The notes beneath the pieces are model-generated. The model worked only from the letters and a program-made list of their open reading frames with translations. It did not search any database and was not told the DNA's origin. DNA of 64,000 nt from Eledone cirrhosa (taxonomy: Eukaryota), in the NCBI GenBank assembly GCA_964016885.1, contig OZ024761.1:1860001-1924000 (forward strand). Direction: 5' to 3'. The position numbers and the translations under genes were made by a program. Below are positions 26,816 to 41,228 of this stretch, piece by piece; the first letter of the stretch is position 1, and each line of letters opens with the position of its first letter.

Positions 26816-29123
26816 TGACTATATATATATATACAAATATATATATATACATATCTGAATATATATACACACATACATATACTCACCCATGCACACATAT
26901 GCACCCCCCACACACATATGTATATATATATATGTGGAGGCCCATGGCTTAGTGGTTAGAGCATTGGGCTTGCAATCGAAAGGTTGTGAGTTCAATTCTC
27001 AGACCAGGTGATGTGTTGTCTCCTTGAGCAAGACACTTTATTTCACATTGCTCCAGTTTACTCAGCTGCAGAAATGAGATGATAGGGACTGCGGTCCCTA
27101 TCATTCCACTGCAAAGTGGTCGTGGAGGTGCCATGGCAAAAAAGCATCCAGCCCACACTGTAGGCGCCATGGAAAAAAAAGCACCCAGCACTCACTGTAA
27201 ATGAGGTTGGTGTTAGGAAGGGCATCCAGCTGTAGAAATCAAGCCAGAATCAGTTCCCATCCCACCCTTGCAAGCAGGGAAAAGCGGACGTAAAATGATG
27301 ATAATGATGATGATATACACGCACACACATATATATATAGGTACACACATATATATGAGAATTAGGAAGTAAAGGTTTAAACCATATTACCTGACAACGA
27401 CCTGAGGGTAAAATCCACTTGTCACATCCCCAAGTTTTTGTCTGCCAAACCCTAAATATTAATAAACAGATATTAGCATATATTAACAAGGTGAACATTT
27501 AGATATTTAAAGAGGTGAACATTTAGATAAAGACAGCTTCTTTTACCGTGTGTGTATCATTTTATATCTACTTTCCAGTATGGCATTTGTTATTCTGAGA
27601 TGAGACAAGTTAAAGAGGTGCCATATCTTACCCTTCTAAAGCTTGATGTCTTTCCTAAAGCCAACCACTTTACAGAGTGTACTGGGTGCATATATATTTT
27701 TTTACGATTGACAAGATCCAACCTCATTTGCCCACCGAGTGGGTGGAACTCTTCAAATCGGACAAAAGAAAAAGGTTTCTATTGGTCTCTCCATTGCTGA
27801 TATTATCTACCAGTCTCTACTCCCAGCAGAAAGAGCAACATGAAATAAAGAGTCTTGCTCAAGGACATAACACATCAACCTGTCTGGGAATCAACCTCAT
27901 ATATACATGAATTGATGTTAAGACAGATGCTACATAATCGTATTTCTTTACTAATATGTATTTCAGTGACACCAATGTACAGTCGTTATTATGCAGTCAT
28001 TACAACAGTGACTGGCAATGGTGTGACATCATCAAATGTTAATTATGTGAAGAAGTTGAAATGCCTCAGGCAAATGGTTCCATTGAACATATGGCTCACC
28101 AATTGTTTCTTCCTTTAGTTTTCTTGTGGTGTGGTATCTATTTTCTAATTGGTGGATTTCATAAACTCTAGGCTATGTTGATTAATTCAACTATATCTAT
28201 ATGTGTATCTGTGAATGTCCAACATATGCTGAGCATGGAAAACCATATGTGAAATGATGAGGATTATATATATACTAGCTGGCCCTGTGCTGTCAAAAAT
28301 GATGGCTAATTGTAATAAATATACATAATATAAAAAAAGAGATGTTTGTTTGTTGGTTAGTTCCTTCGTTCTCACTCACACAAGTGATACAAACACACAG
28401 CCAATGTGTGCAGCCAAATCATTACACATAAACACAAGTGTGACAAATCTCAGAATACAGGACTAGTTTCTCACCCCTTCTTCAGTAATCACATAGATGT
28501 GTGTGTATGTAATAATTATTTTTTCTAAGTGTGTCTATATATATATGCGTAGATGTGTGTTTGTAATTCTATTGTCTATGTATCTTTCTAAATAAACACA
28601 CACAAACACATATACACTCACACAAATATTATATATATATATATAAAACTAGCCGATTTTCCCGAAATTTCTCGATCCCCTACGGCCCGCATTAGGTGAA
28701 AACCTGCATTTTTCCTGCTTCATCAAGGAAAATCTTAAAGATTATCCAGCCATCAGAGTATTCGGTTTATTTTCTTTACATATTGTCCAGGCATGCAGTT
28801 TTTCCACGAATAGGTCTGTTGGTGGCCTGCGTTCCAAAATACCTTATCCAGTGCAACCACTGCTACTATATAAATATAATTTACACATTAGTATGGCCAT
28901 GTGATGCACATGGATCATGACCGCTGGGTGAAGGAGTGCCAAGTAATCCCATTGGATCACCACGGAAAACATAGGAGGAAGTGGTGAGAGCTGACCTCAG
29001 ATCATTGAAGCTCACAGAGGAGATGACGAAGGACAGTGACGAATGGAGAGATGCAGTGCTGAAGAGGACCCGTCCCACCCTTGCAAGCAGGGAAAAGCGG
29101 ACGTAAAATGACAGTGATGATGA

Positions 29124-29174
<51 letters not shown>

Positions 29175-32100
29175 GAGATATTACCACTTATATTATTGTG
29201 TTGTGTTCTAGAAGAATTCCTATGGTTAGTTAGTATCCGTATTTGTGGAATTTGGTAAATTTCCGTGGTTGTATTTGGTGTTATTATTGGGTAGATTGAG
29301 ATTTTGAGTGCTTGGTATTCATATGTGGGTTGATAACATTGGTCATAGATCGTGTAGTAATAGTTGTTGTGGTTTTTCGGATGTTTGGTGTAATAGGAAT
29401 AACCCCTTTAGGTATTTGTTTCAATGGTATTTTTTGGTGTTTGTAGTTTTTGCTAGGTTTTATATTTTAGTCCATAGTAGTGTTGGGGATATATGAGAAT
29501 TTTTCTTTATATCCAATTCTAGTTAAGGCCTCGTTGTAGAAGGGTGCATTATTATAAAATATATCTTCATTGGAAGATAATTTAGAAAGTCTAAGAGATA
29601 TGTTATATACTAAGTTCTTGAGTATAGAGCCAGGGTGGTTAGATCGTGAATGTACATAGTGTAGATTGTGGTTGGGTTTGTGGTTAGGTTGATAAATATT
29701 CGTAGAGAGGTCTAAAGTGTTTTCAAAAGTGATGCTAAGGCTGTAATAGTCCTTGAGGAATTTTCTAATTTGTTTTTTTGTTTTTCTCTATATTGGAATT
29801 GCTAAGATTGTTAGATAACAATAGACAATCATCCTGATAAAGACCACCTTTGAGGTGGGGAAAAGAGTAATGAATATTATAGAGGAGAAATAGTCCAATG
29901 AGGTCTGTAACTTGAGCAGAGTCCATGGATCCCATCGTAATATCGAATAAGTTGCTATATGTGTTTCTTGTCCAGTATTCTTCTTGGAAGTTTAGTAAGG
30001 TTTTTCTAGCGCGAGTTATGATGTTGATTTCCTCAGTAGATAAATCCGATCTATTTCTGGCGAAGATCAGTGCTTTGTTTAAAAGAATTGGAGAAATCGA
30101 AGAATCGAAGAATCGATGTCGAATTGAATGAATGAAGCTGAGTTTTTATTCTCAATGCTAGATTTTGATGGACATATCAGTCTAATAGATGGGTTCGAGT
30201 TAAAGTCAGATTTATGGTCTTTCAGGTTGAAGTGCGGGCTTTTAGGCGTGAAAGGCTCAGTCCTATCTTCAATCTGGAGCTTTTTTACTATATCACATGA
30301 TATGTTATTCAGGGATGTCAGTGCAGTGGTATTTGCTTTCTTATAGTTTTTTTCTAAGTTCTTTATATATGAACTGGTTATATTTATCGATATCCATATG
30401 GTACAGATTACCAGTTTTGTGAGAATGGACATGGACCTTGTTTGAATTTTTCAGTTGTAGAAGGGTAGAGTCTAATCCCTTTTGGAATTCTGATTTGTGT
30501 TTTCTGAACTTTATGTTTTTAATCATGTTCAGTAGGGCGCTCTCAAAATTTTCAAGTTGAATATTATGAGGAGGATTTTTGTATGTTTTGAATCCATAGC
30601 GGTACTTCATTTCATTTGTATTGGTTTTGTTGTCAAAATGATAGGCCCTCCATCTCATTCTCCTAATAAATTGGTTAGTTTTTTGTATGAGCAAGAGTAG
30701 ATATTCATCTTTAGGTGGAATTGGAATATTCTTCAACGAGGTACCCAAATATTGTTTTTCCATTGTGATGCAGGAATTAGATAAAAAAAGAGCTCAACTA
30801 AATATTATAATCAATTATGAAAAATATATTGAAGGAGCAAAATGCACAGAGATATCCACAGTAAGTTGTGGGGTCTATTCTGCATGAAGAACTCAATGTA
30901 ATCCATATGTTGAAAATGTTGTAGGTTAAGATAAATCCCGGAAAACAGAGTCATGATATAAGTTAAAACAATGAAATAAAAAATCAAGTCATTAGAGATA
31001 TACTTCACTGCTTTACGATTGTTTCTAGGTGATGATATCATCATCATCATCATCGTTTAACGTCCATCTTCCACGCTTGCATGGGTTTGGACGGGAGTTT
31101 TCCCACTTGAGGCAAGATTGGTTGTCCTGCTCGTATAGGACGGTCTGGCGGGTTTTCTACGGCAGGATGCCCTTCCCAACACCAACCACGTTTACAGTGT
31201 GAACTGGGATGTTTTTACCGTGTTACCTACACGGCCACATTACAGCGTGGACTGTGTGTTTTTTTTTGTCGTGACACCTACATGTCTGGCGGGTTTTCTA
31301 CGGCTGGGTGCCCTTCCCAACACCAACCACATTTACAGTGTGGACTGGGAGGTTTTTACCGTGTTACCTACACGGCCACATTACAGCGTGGACTGTGTTT
31401 TTTTGTCGTGACACCTACACGACCGCATTTGTTTCGGACTGGATGTTGTGGCACCAACATAACTTCACATTTAAGGGGGTGGTGTGGATGGTGTGGGGGT
31501 ACTGGGATTGGGGTGTATTTTGTTAGAGGTGCCTACTGACTGTAGGTTTCGCTTTGTACTTAGGCAAGGCGGGTCTTCTGTATAACTGTGTAGCGCCAAA
31601 GATCTCGGTCCAGTGACATTGTCTTGGAGAGGTGTAAGTGTGTGAGGTCGGAATTTATCAAGTCGTCCCAGGTTTTTCTGGGTCTGCCTACTCTGTGGCT
31701 ACTGTCTATTTTTATCGCCCTGCAATTTTTTATACAGCTGTCGTCTTTCATGCGCATCACGTGACCATACCAACATAGTCTTCTCTCGAGTAAACAACAT
31801 CTGATCCCTCTTATCCTAATTTCTCCCTTAGTTCGTTTATGCTTTGCCATTCACGTATATTACTATTTCACATCCAGCGGAGCATGCAAGCTTCGTTTCT
31901 CTCCAGTCTGCGTATATCCTCTGCACACAATGCCCAGGTCTCACTGCCATATAACATTGCTGTTCGTATGCAGGCATTATACAGCCTGCCTTTCATTTTT
32001 AGAGAGAACCCTTTAGCGGCCAATAGTAGTATAAGCTCTCTGAACTTTTTCCATCCCGTTCTGACTCTAGCTACTGTACTTTCAGAGCACCCTCCACCAC

Positions 32101-33334
32101 TGCTGATTTTGTCACCCAAGTAACGGAAGGTGTGCACTATTTCTATAGAACCATCTGTGAAACTATACAACAAATATACATAGCACGCAATGAAGTCAAA
32201 AGTTTGCCAACTTCTTGCAGTATGAGTCAGAGATGTGAGGTATTATGCACCACAAAGCAGTGTGTAGGTGAAAACCAGGATGTTGTTGGTAGAAAATGTG
32301 TTCAAAATGGCACTGATGCACTTAGCATCACTGATGCTAAAAAAAAAAAAAAAAAATAAAGGCCTAGAGATGCTATTATGGGAAGTTGATGAATATGGAA
32401 AATGAGTGAGAGGAAGAGAGACTACCCTCATTTGACTCAAAAAAAGGAACAGCTATCAAAATTGACAGTTATAGGGTAAAAGAAAAAAAATCAAAGAGAT
32501 GAAAAATAGTAAAGCCACTGATCTGTCAAAGATAGTCACAGAGATGCTGAAATCTTCTGAGGAAGTAGGTATTGAACTAGTCACCTGCATAACCAATTAG
32601 GTGACACATGATTGGGCCATACCCAATAACTAGTACAGCTGTATACTCATAAATTGTTATAAGGGTAGAAGTGATGCAATAGAAAGGAGCGACTATAGGG
32701 ACATAAATCTGATGAACCAAGTTATGAAAGTGACCAGAAAGAGTTTTAACACAACAAAGAGTCAAATTAGATTAGATGAGGTTTGGTTTTGTGCCAGGGA
32801 GGATCACCACTTCTTAGCTGGAACCTCTCTTGTAGTTGTTTCACTAAGTGTAAGCCACTATATCTAGTTTTCATTGATCTGGAGAAGGCTTTTGACAGAG
32901 AACCACAACCTGTCATCTGGTGGTCTTTAAGGAAACATGGCAAAGAATGGCTTATGAGAGCAGTGCAAGCTATGTACAGAGGTGCTGTCAGTAAAGTGAG
33001 ATTAGGTAATGAGTTTAATGGGGGGTTCAATGTGCAGGTAGGTGTTCATCAGGCATAATTAGATAACTATACATTGACGATCAAAGAGGCAAGTAGGTAG
33101 ATAGATATACAGATATGTAAGTAGATAGATAGATATACAGATATGTAAGTAGATAGATAGATAGGTAGATAGACAGATAGTTGGGTAGGTAGATAGGTAG
33201 ACAGAGAGGTAGGTAGATGGATTTTGTATTTACTGTCCAAAGATAGATACATATGTAGATAGAGATGTGCCTATTTGACTTCTGATCATTTTGTCTGCGC
33301 TGTTGTGCACAAAGTGGCTGTTGTGTGGCACTTG

Positions 33335-33380
<46 letters not shown>

Positions 33381-34790
33381 GAGCAGTCAGCAAAGTTAGG
33401 ATTAGCAACGAGTATAGCGAGGAATTTAGTGTCCACCAGGGCTCTGTTCTTAGTCCTCTCCTGTTCATCATAGTCCTGCAGGTAATAACAGAGGAGTTTA
33501 AGACCGGATGCCCATGGGAACTCCTGTATGCAGGTGACCTCGCACTTATAGCTGAATCTATGGTAGAACTAACTAGAGAAGAAATTCCAAACTTGGAAGC
33601 AGGGACTAGAAAGAAAGGGTCTCAAAGTCAACCTGACAAAGACTAAGGTCCTTGTAAGTAGACGAGAAAACAGAACCCAAATCCCCTCAGGGAAATGGCC
33701 TTGCTCAGTATGTAGGAAAGTTGTAGGTAGGAACTCCATTCTCTTTCCCAAATGCAAACAATGGGTACACAAGAGATGTAGCGGGATCTCAGGAAGCTTA
33801 ATTAAGAATGTAGGCTTCACATGCAGCAGCTGTGCTGGGACAGCAAGCAGCAAACAGCCACAGGAAACAAATATCAACAATCTCTGGAAGGGCTCTGTAG
33901 AAACAGTAGACAGCTTCTGCTACCTAGGTGACCGAATTAGCAGTGGAAGTGGGTGTTCAGAAAGTACAATAACTAGGGTAAGAACGGGATGGAAGAAGTT
34001 CAGGGAGCTACTGCCACTACTAGCTGCAAAAGGCTTTTCCCTCAAAATGAAAGGCAGACTGTATGATGCGTGTATACGAACAGCAATATTACATGGTAGT
34101 GAGACCTGGGTGCTGAAGGTGGAAGACTTACGTAGATTAGAAAGAAACAAAGCCTGCATGCTCCGATGGATGTGTAACAGTAATATACGCGAACAACAAA
34201 GCATAAATGAATTGAGAGAGAGACTGAGCATAAGAGGAATCAAATGCTGTGTACAGGAGAGGCAGTTGCGTTAGTATGGACATGTGATGCGTATGAAGGA
34301 TGACAGCTGCATAAAAAGGTGCAGAGCACTAGAAGTCAATGGAAACCGCGGAGTAGGGAGACCCAAGAAGACCTGGGATGAGGTGATAAAAGCTGACCTT
34401 ACCCAATTACACCTCTCAAAGGCGATGACACATGACCGTGACCTCTGGTGTCACGCAGTAATACAGAGTACCCGACCTCCCACGGGTACAAGCCGAAGCT
34501 GAAGCATATAGACAATATGCCCCCACACCGTCCCACTGCAAAGTGGTCGTGGAGGTGCCACGGCAAAAAAGCACCCAGCCCACACTGTAAATTGGACGTG
34601 TAGGCACCACGGAAAAAAAACACCCAACACTCACTGTAAATGAGGTTGGTATTAGGAAGGGAATCCAGCTGTAAAAATCAAGCCAGAATCAGTTCCTGTG
34701 TGAGCAAGACAAGCTCAGCCGACCGGGCACTGCCCACAACGGGACAACCCGTCTAACCCATGCTAGCATGGAAGAACAGACGTAAAACGG

Positions 34791-34821
<31 letters not shown>

Positions 34822-36701
34822 CTGCCAATCGCAATATTTTTCTCATGTAAAAAGAAATCCCCGCCTTCACCTACGCCGTTTGATCATTGGTAGCCTGAAG
34901 CCTACCAACCCGAACAACCTGCATCTCCTCGGTGGCATTGCCCCTGCAGATATGAGACGGGAAGCTGCCAGCCAAGTAGAGATCACAAAGGCCATCAGTG
35001 ATGAACGCCACCTCCTTCACGGACATGAACCTCCGCCCCAACGACTGAAGTCAAGGAGAAGCTTCCTCAGCCATGTCCAGCCCCTAACAACATCTCAGGA
35101 AGAAACCAGACTACAGCTATGGACTAGAAAGCTAGAGAATGACTCCCCTCCTATTGACATGGGAATCCCACCCTTCTGAAGCCCTCCCTCCTGGTTCAGA
35201 AGCACCATGGGTCCCGTGGAAGACACTCAACCGCCTGAGAACAGGAACGGGGCGATCAAAAGCTGCTATGGCCAGATGGGGCTACAAGACCGGCCCAACC
35301 ATCTGCGAATGCGGAGAGGAGGACCATACGATGCAACACTGCCTTGTTTGCCCTCTACTACCCAACCAGTGCAGCTTAAAATATCTTGCAGAATTTAATA
35401 ATAATGCAAAGGACTGTGTAAAGTAATGGGAAACTGTCATATAACCACATGCTTCGAAGATACCAACAGAAGAAGACCTACGCCTTCAGCGGAAATTGAA
35501 ACGCTGCAGTATATACGTCTAAATAAAAAGTGTTTAAAATTTAAAGTTATTAAATAACTTTCAATGAGATTGAAGTCCAAAGTCCCCTGCAACGAGTAGG
35601 AAGTCCTTGTCGTTCATTAGAGTGGTAGTATGCTTTAAGGACTCGTAAAACCCAGATTGGGGTGAGTAAGCAGATATAATTGTAGCTATAGTTTTATTCA
35701 GAACTTGTTCACCCTGTTCACTGAGATTACCTTATCTACCCATTTGTCAGCTAATAGTATACCTACACCACCCAACCCATTGTCATTTCCCGCCCAGAGA
35801 AATTTGTAGCATGATTTTACCAACGAGGAACCTAGTCTCTTGTACACAACATACATCAATTTCCTTTTGCTCCAACATCTCAACTATTTCTCCCATTCTT
35901 CCTTTCATTGTGCTCACATTGATGGTGCCAATTTGGAATTTTGGGAGTTTGACATCAATGGTGGGGGAGGGGGTGGGTGTATGTTTTCTGTATCTGAATT
36001 AAGGATTCGCATAGTCGCCTAGAAACGTGTGGGTTCATACTCATTCCAAGTTGTTTATCATCTTCAGCTCATACATAAATAACGATAGACAAAGATTTCT
36101 TGAGAGAAGAATGATTAAGAAAGATAACTAGTAGTAGCATTTGTTGCCGCGGGTGATGGATGAAGGTATGGTGTGTTGTGATTAATCAGCGAGTCTATGG
36201 TGATGTGTGGGAGGGAAAATGTGAGATAAGTAAGTATATTGGTCTCAAAGAAAATCAAGAATTGTAGGGATAATACATCGAGCTCTGAGAAATTCTGTTT
36301 ATGGACAGCCAATATAGATGAATTATACAGACATTATAAACGGAATAAAAATAACGGCTTCCTTCGTTGCTTGAAGAATGACTGTATATATAAATCCATA
36401 TATATGATGGATGATGATGATGATGATAATGAAATCCATAGATATATATATAAATCCATAGACATATATATACATCCATAGATATATCATCATCATCAAT
36501 TAACATCCATCTTCCATGCTAGCATGGGTTAGACGGGTCCCATTTAGAGGTAAGTTGTGTCAGGCGGCCATGTCTTGTTCATATAGGGGTGTTCCTGGCT
36601 GGTTTTCTACGGCTGGATGCCCTTCCTAATGCCAACCACGTTGACAGTGTGGGCTCGGTGCTTTTTGCCATGTCTGTTACACATCCACTTTACATATCCA
36701 T

Positions 36702-36732
<31 letters not shown>

Positions 36733-39700
36733 ATCATCATCACCATTTTATGTCCGCTTTTCCTTGCTTGCAAGAGTGGGACGGGAACTGATTCTGGGTT
36801 GATTTCTACAGCTGGATGCCCTTCCTAACACCAACCTCATTTACAGTGAGTGCTGGGTGCTTTTTTGCTGTGGCACCTCCACGACCACTTTGCAGTGGAA
36901 TGATAGGGACTCAAGTCCCTATCATCTCATTTCTACAGCTGAGTAAACTGGAGCAATGTGAAATAAAGTGTCTTGCTGAAGGAAACAACACATCACCCGG
37001 TCTGAGAATTGAACTCACAACCTTTCGATTGCAAGGCCAATGCTCTAACCACTAAGCCATGGGCCTCCATTATATAACCCACCAGTGTTCTACTATTTTA
37101 TATAACCTATATATATGTATATGCATATATATATATAAATTTATAGATATATATATATATATAAATCCATGTACATCCTAACATGTAGCTCTGTACTTAC
37201 CTAAATACTGAAGCTGGTGTAGCAGACAACACTCTGTATCCATCAGGAGACCAACGCACCATAGTGTTTCCTCCTCCTCCAATCCTTCGAAGTGGTACTA
37301 CAGTCTCCATTGCAACATTCCATACCTACAAAATAGGTTATATATACATTCATCAAATTTAATGGTTAGCAAATAATATTGGAGTTATCTTTTCCTTTAA
37401 AATTGAGCAAACATAGACATAACTTGTATAAATTATATAGCTTCACTAAATTAATAATTGTTTCTACTTTAGGCACAAGGCCAGCAATTACCCAGTGCAT
37501 TACTGGTACTTTATTTTATCGACCCCGTAAGGATGAAAGGCAAAGTCAACCTCGGCGGGATTTGAACTCAGATCGTAAAGGGACGTAACTATGCTGGAAA
37601 GCATGGTGTCCAACCCTCTACCGATACTGCCAATCCACTAAATTAATAATTGTTTCTACTTTAGGCACAAGGCCAGCAATTACCCAGTGCATTACTGGTA
37701 CTTTATTTTATCGACCCTGTAAGGATGAAAGGCAAAGTCAACCTCGGCGGGATTTGAACTCAGATCGTAAAGGGACGTAACTGTGCTGGAAAGCATGGCG
37801 TCCAACCCTCTACCGATACTGCCAATCCACTAAATTAATAATGTTCTGAAAATATTTTCTATGTTGGATGAAAATATTTGAATCTACAAATTGTTCTCTT
37901 ACAATTTGAACTACATCTTTTTCTTAAATATTTATGTAACATGTAAAATCAACATCCTTCGTAACTCATATTAGAAATGTAAACAATTAATACGTGTTTT
38001 ATATCTATAAAATCACCAATAATACTTATACTTGCACACTTATTAATCTATATAGATATTTATATACTTACAACCTGTTGCAATATAATAAGATAAAATG
38101 TACTTACAACCATAATTCTTCACATAATCTAATTGATTATATATATAATATTATAATTTTTTAAATTCTGGAATCATATTCCACCATTCCTACAAACTGT
38201 TAATTCTTTTTAAATTCACGTAAATACAAGCTTTTCTTTCTTTCTCTTTCTTCTTCCTACACATACATACATATATCCTAATAATTATTTAAATCTACCT
38301 AGCATCTAAAAATAAGGTTTTTTTTCAGCCATTATACCTCAATATTCATCTTAATAATTTGAAATATTTGACTTTTCTTCTCTTTTCCTTTACTATCCAG
38401 GAAAAACTTGAACCGTTAAGAGCTTCCTGGTTATGTCAATATTTATAAAACAAACTTTGTATTTTATCTGATGAGAGCGTACCAAGGTTTTGGTACCCTT
38501 GAAATATATATAATAGAATAAATATGGTATTATAAATATAGTTTCCATTTATTTAATATCATTGAATGTGTTATATATATATATATATATATAGATTTGT
38601 GATGCAAGTACACTGACTATTTGCATCACTAACTTCCAGAAACTTGCCAGCCACCTAATAACCTACAAATCTGGCGAGCACATAAGCCAGATTGACTTCT
38701 TACTAGTTAGGCAGAGGGACAGGCAGATAGTGTCTAATACCAAGGTATACCCTGGGGAAGAATGTACCCTCACAGCATAGGTTAGTCGTTGGTGATATCT
38801 CAGTAAGCAAGAGATGGAATGAGACATACAGGAATGTGTGGAGAAGAAAGGTCTGGAAGCTAAAAGACCTTTCACTAAAATACAAATTTAGGAAAGCCCT
38901 TCAAGATGTGTATGACGAAAAAGAAAACGATTTAGAGACGTATGACATAGATAATAATTGGAATGTGACAACTCACTGCAGGCTACTGATTAAACTTGTG
39001 GCTGGAGCAGAGCTTCAACCAGACAGAGAGTGACCTGGTGGTGGAACAGCACAGTAGATAAGGCCATTAGAGACAAAAGACTAGCATGGAAGGCTTGGAA
39101 AAAGGGTGGGAGTAGGGAAGGATAAACATCCGCTAAGAGAGAAGCTAGACATCAGGTGTACTTAGCACGCAGGGAGGCTGAGAGTAGGAGGCTTGCCAAT
39201 GTTCTGCAACGGGAAGATCAGAGGTGTGCGGTGTTCCACATTGCAAGGCAGTGTGTCAATGCAAATCAGGATGTTGTTGGAGATAAATGTGTCTGGAATG
39301 ATGCTGGTGTACGAAAGGTTGTAACTGTAGAAACAAAGCAAATTGCCCATTAAAAGGAAATTGCCTTATTAATAACATAGTATATAAATGTAAAATTAGC
39401 ACTAAGGACTCAATTTATTCATATATAGGAGCTATGTCTAACCAATTTAAAGTAAGATTTAATACCTACAAACACAGTTTTAAAAATGCCGCATTAGCTA
39501 ATACAACATCCTTGGCTGAAATAATTAATAATTATAGAAAAAAGAATATCGATTATAACCTGACCTGGAGTGTGCTCAAAAGGGCCACCCCTTATCAAAA
39601 TAACAGATATGAGTGTAGATTATGTTCCCAGGAACTTTTTGAAATAATGAAATCTAAGGATATCTTAAATAAGCAACAAGAATTAATTATATCGTGCAAT

Positions 39701-41188
39701 CATAGAATTAGAAGAACTTTCAAATATTATAAACCTAATTAATATACGCTTATATTTTACAAATTATTATAATTAGTTTTTTTAAAATTTAGTTAACCTA
39801 TAATTAGTATTTTACTACTGAGAAATTCATAATTTTATTTCCCTTTTACAGCTATCTTTTCCTAAAATTAATACCTATAAGTATACATATAAACTATTTT
39901 AATTTCCTGTTATGAATCGAAATTCCTTGTAGTCTATATAAGTTTGTTATTTCTCACTAATACATTTATCCCCCCAAAAATTTTTTTCCTTTGTTTTTAA
40001 CAACATTTTTTCATTTGTTTTTAACAACATTGTTTAATAACATCTAACTCTTATTTATCACATCTATATGAATTAATATAAATTTATCCCTATAAGTATA
40101 CCTATCAATTAAATTAATTTAATTTCTTTTTATAGATCTAAATTCCTTATGTTTTAAATAAGATTGGTATTTCTCACTAACACATTTATCCTAAAATTTT
40201 ATTCTCCTTCGATTTTAACATTAGCATTATTCTTTAATAACATCAAATTTTCGTGTACCTTTCACCGGCTTGACCTCTTTTCATCCCCAAAGTAATCTTT
40301 CCATTCAAAACTGAAGTCTGCATTCCTCTACCCCTAAATTAAATTTCTACTATTACTATTCTATCAACTTGACCACTTACTACTTTTCTATTGGTCAATT
40401 CAAAAACTGTTCCCAAACAGACCTATTATATTAAATCTTTGTTGGTTTTTTTCAATAAACAAATATCATTATTTCTGAAGACAGCATATATATGTGAAGG
40501 TATGTATATTCCCTCTGATAGTTTGTAAAATGTTTACATAGATCTATATGATCACACACATATATATCCTAGAAACGATCATAAAATGATGAATTTTTTA
40601 ATATAAGGAACTGTTTCTTTGCTTTTATTCATTGTTTTTATTAATTTATATATATATATTTTGAGTATATGTTGGTTGTATACCAACACCTCAGTATGCA
40701 GATTGGAGCACTCGACGAAGTGTGCAGGTTGGTTTGGTTACTCCGGAGTAATGTAAAATAAAATAAAATAAATAAGTCAAATGTTTAAAATTTAGCTTCG
40801 TTTATTACTGCTATATATATTTCGGTGACAGCCATCTTTGGCTGTGACCTCTTCAGGCAGTCCAAATTAGTGTGGTATAGACAAGTACATATGTTGTTGA
40901 GGTGTATAACTTTGTCAATACTCTGATATGCCCAGTTCCTGGTATGATATGATTCCAGTTCCTCAGTGAAATAACAACCCAACCAGGAACTGGGCATATC
41001 AGAGTATTGACAAAGTTATACACCTCAACAACATATGTACTTGTCTATATAATTCAGACTGCCTGAAGAGGTCACAGCCAAAGATGGCTGTCACCGAAAT
41101 ATATATAGCAGTAATAAACGAAGCTAAATTTTAAACATTTGACTTATTTTTTTTATTTTATTTTACATTACTCCGGAGTATTTTATTT

Positions 41189-41228
<40 letters not shown>

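Noticed and set aside
26934-27010. tRNA gene candidates at SINE heads
   Set aside because: A/B boxes run straight into SINE bodies in multiple copies; no full cloverleaf or terminator
34840-35525. possible hammerhead split by the Vingi-like insertion (CCGC/GCGG stem, GAAAC..GUA)
   Set aside because: The CUGANGA box is absent after removing the insertion; cannot be supported without a consensus
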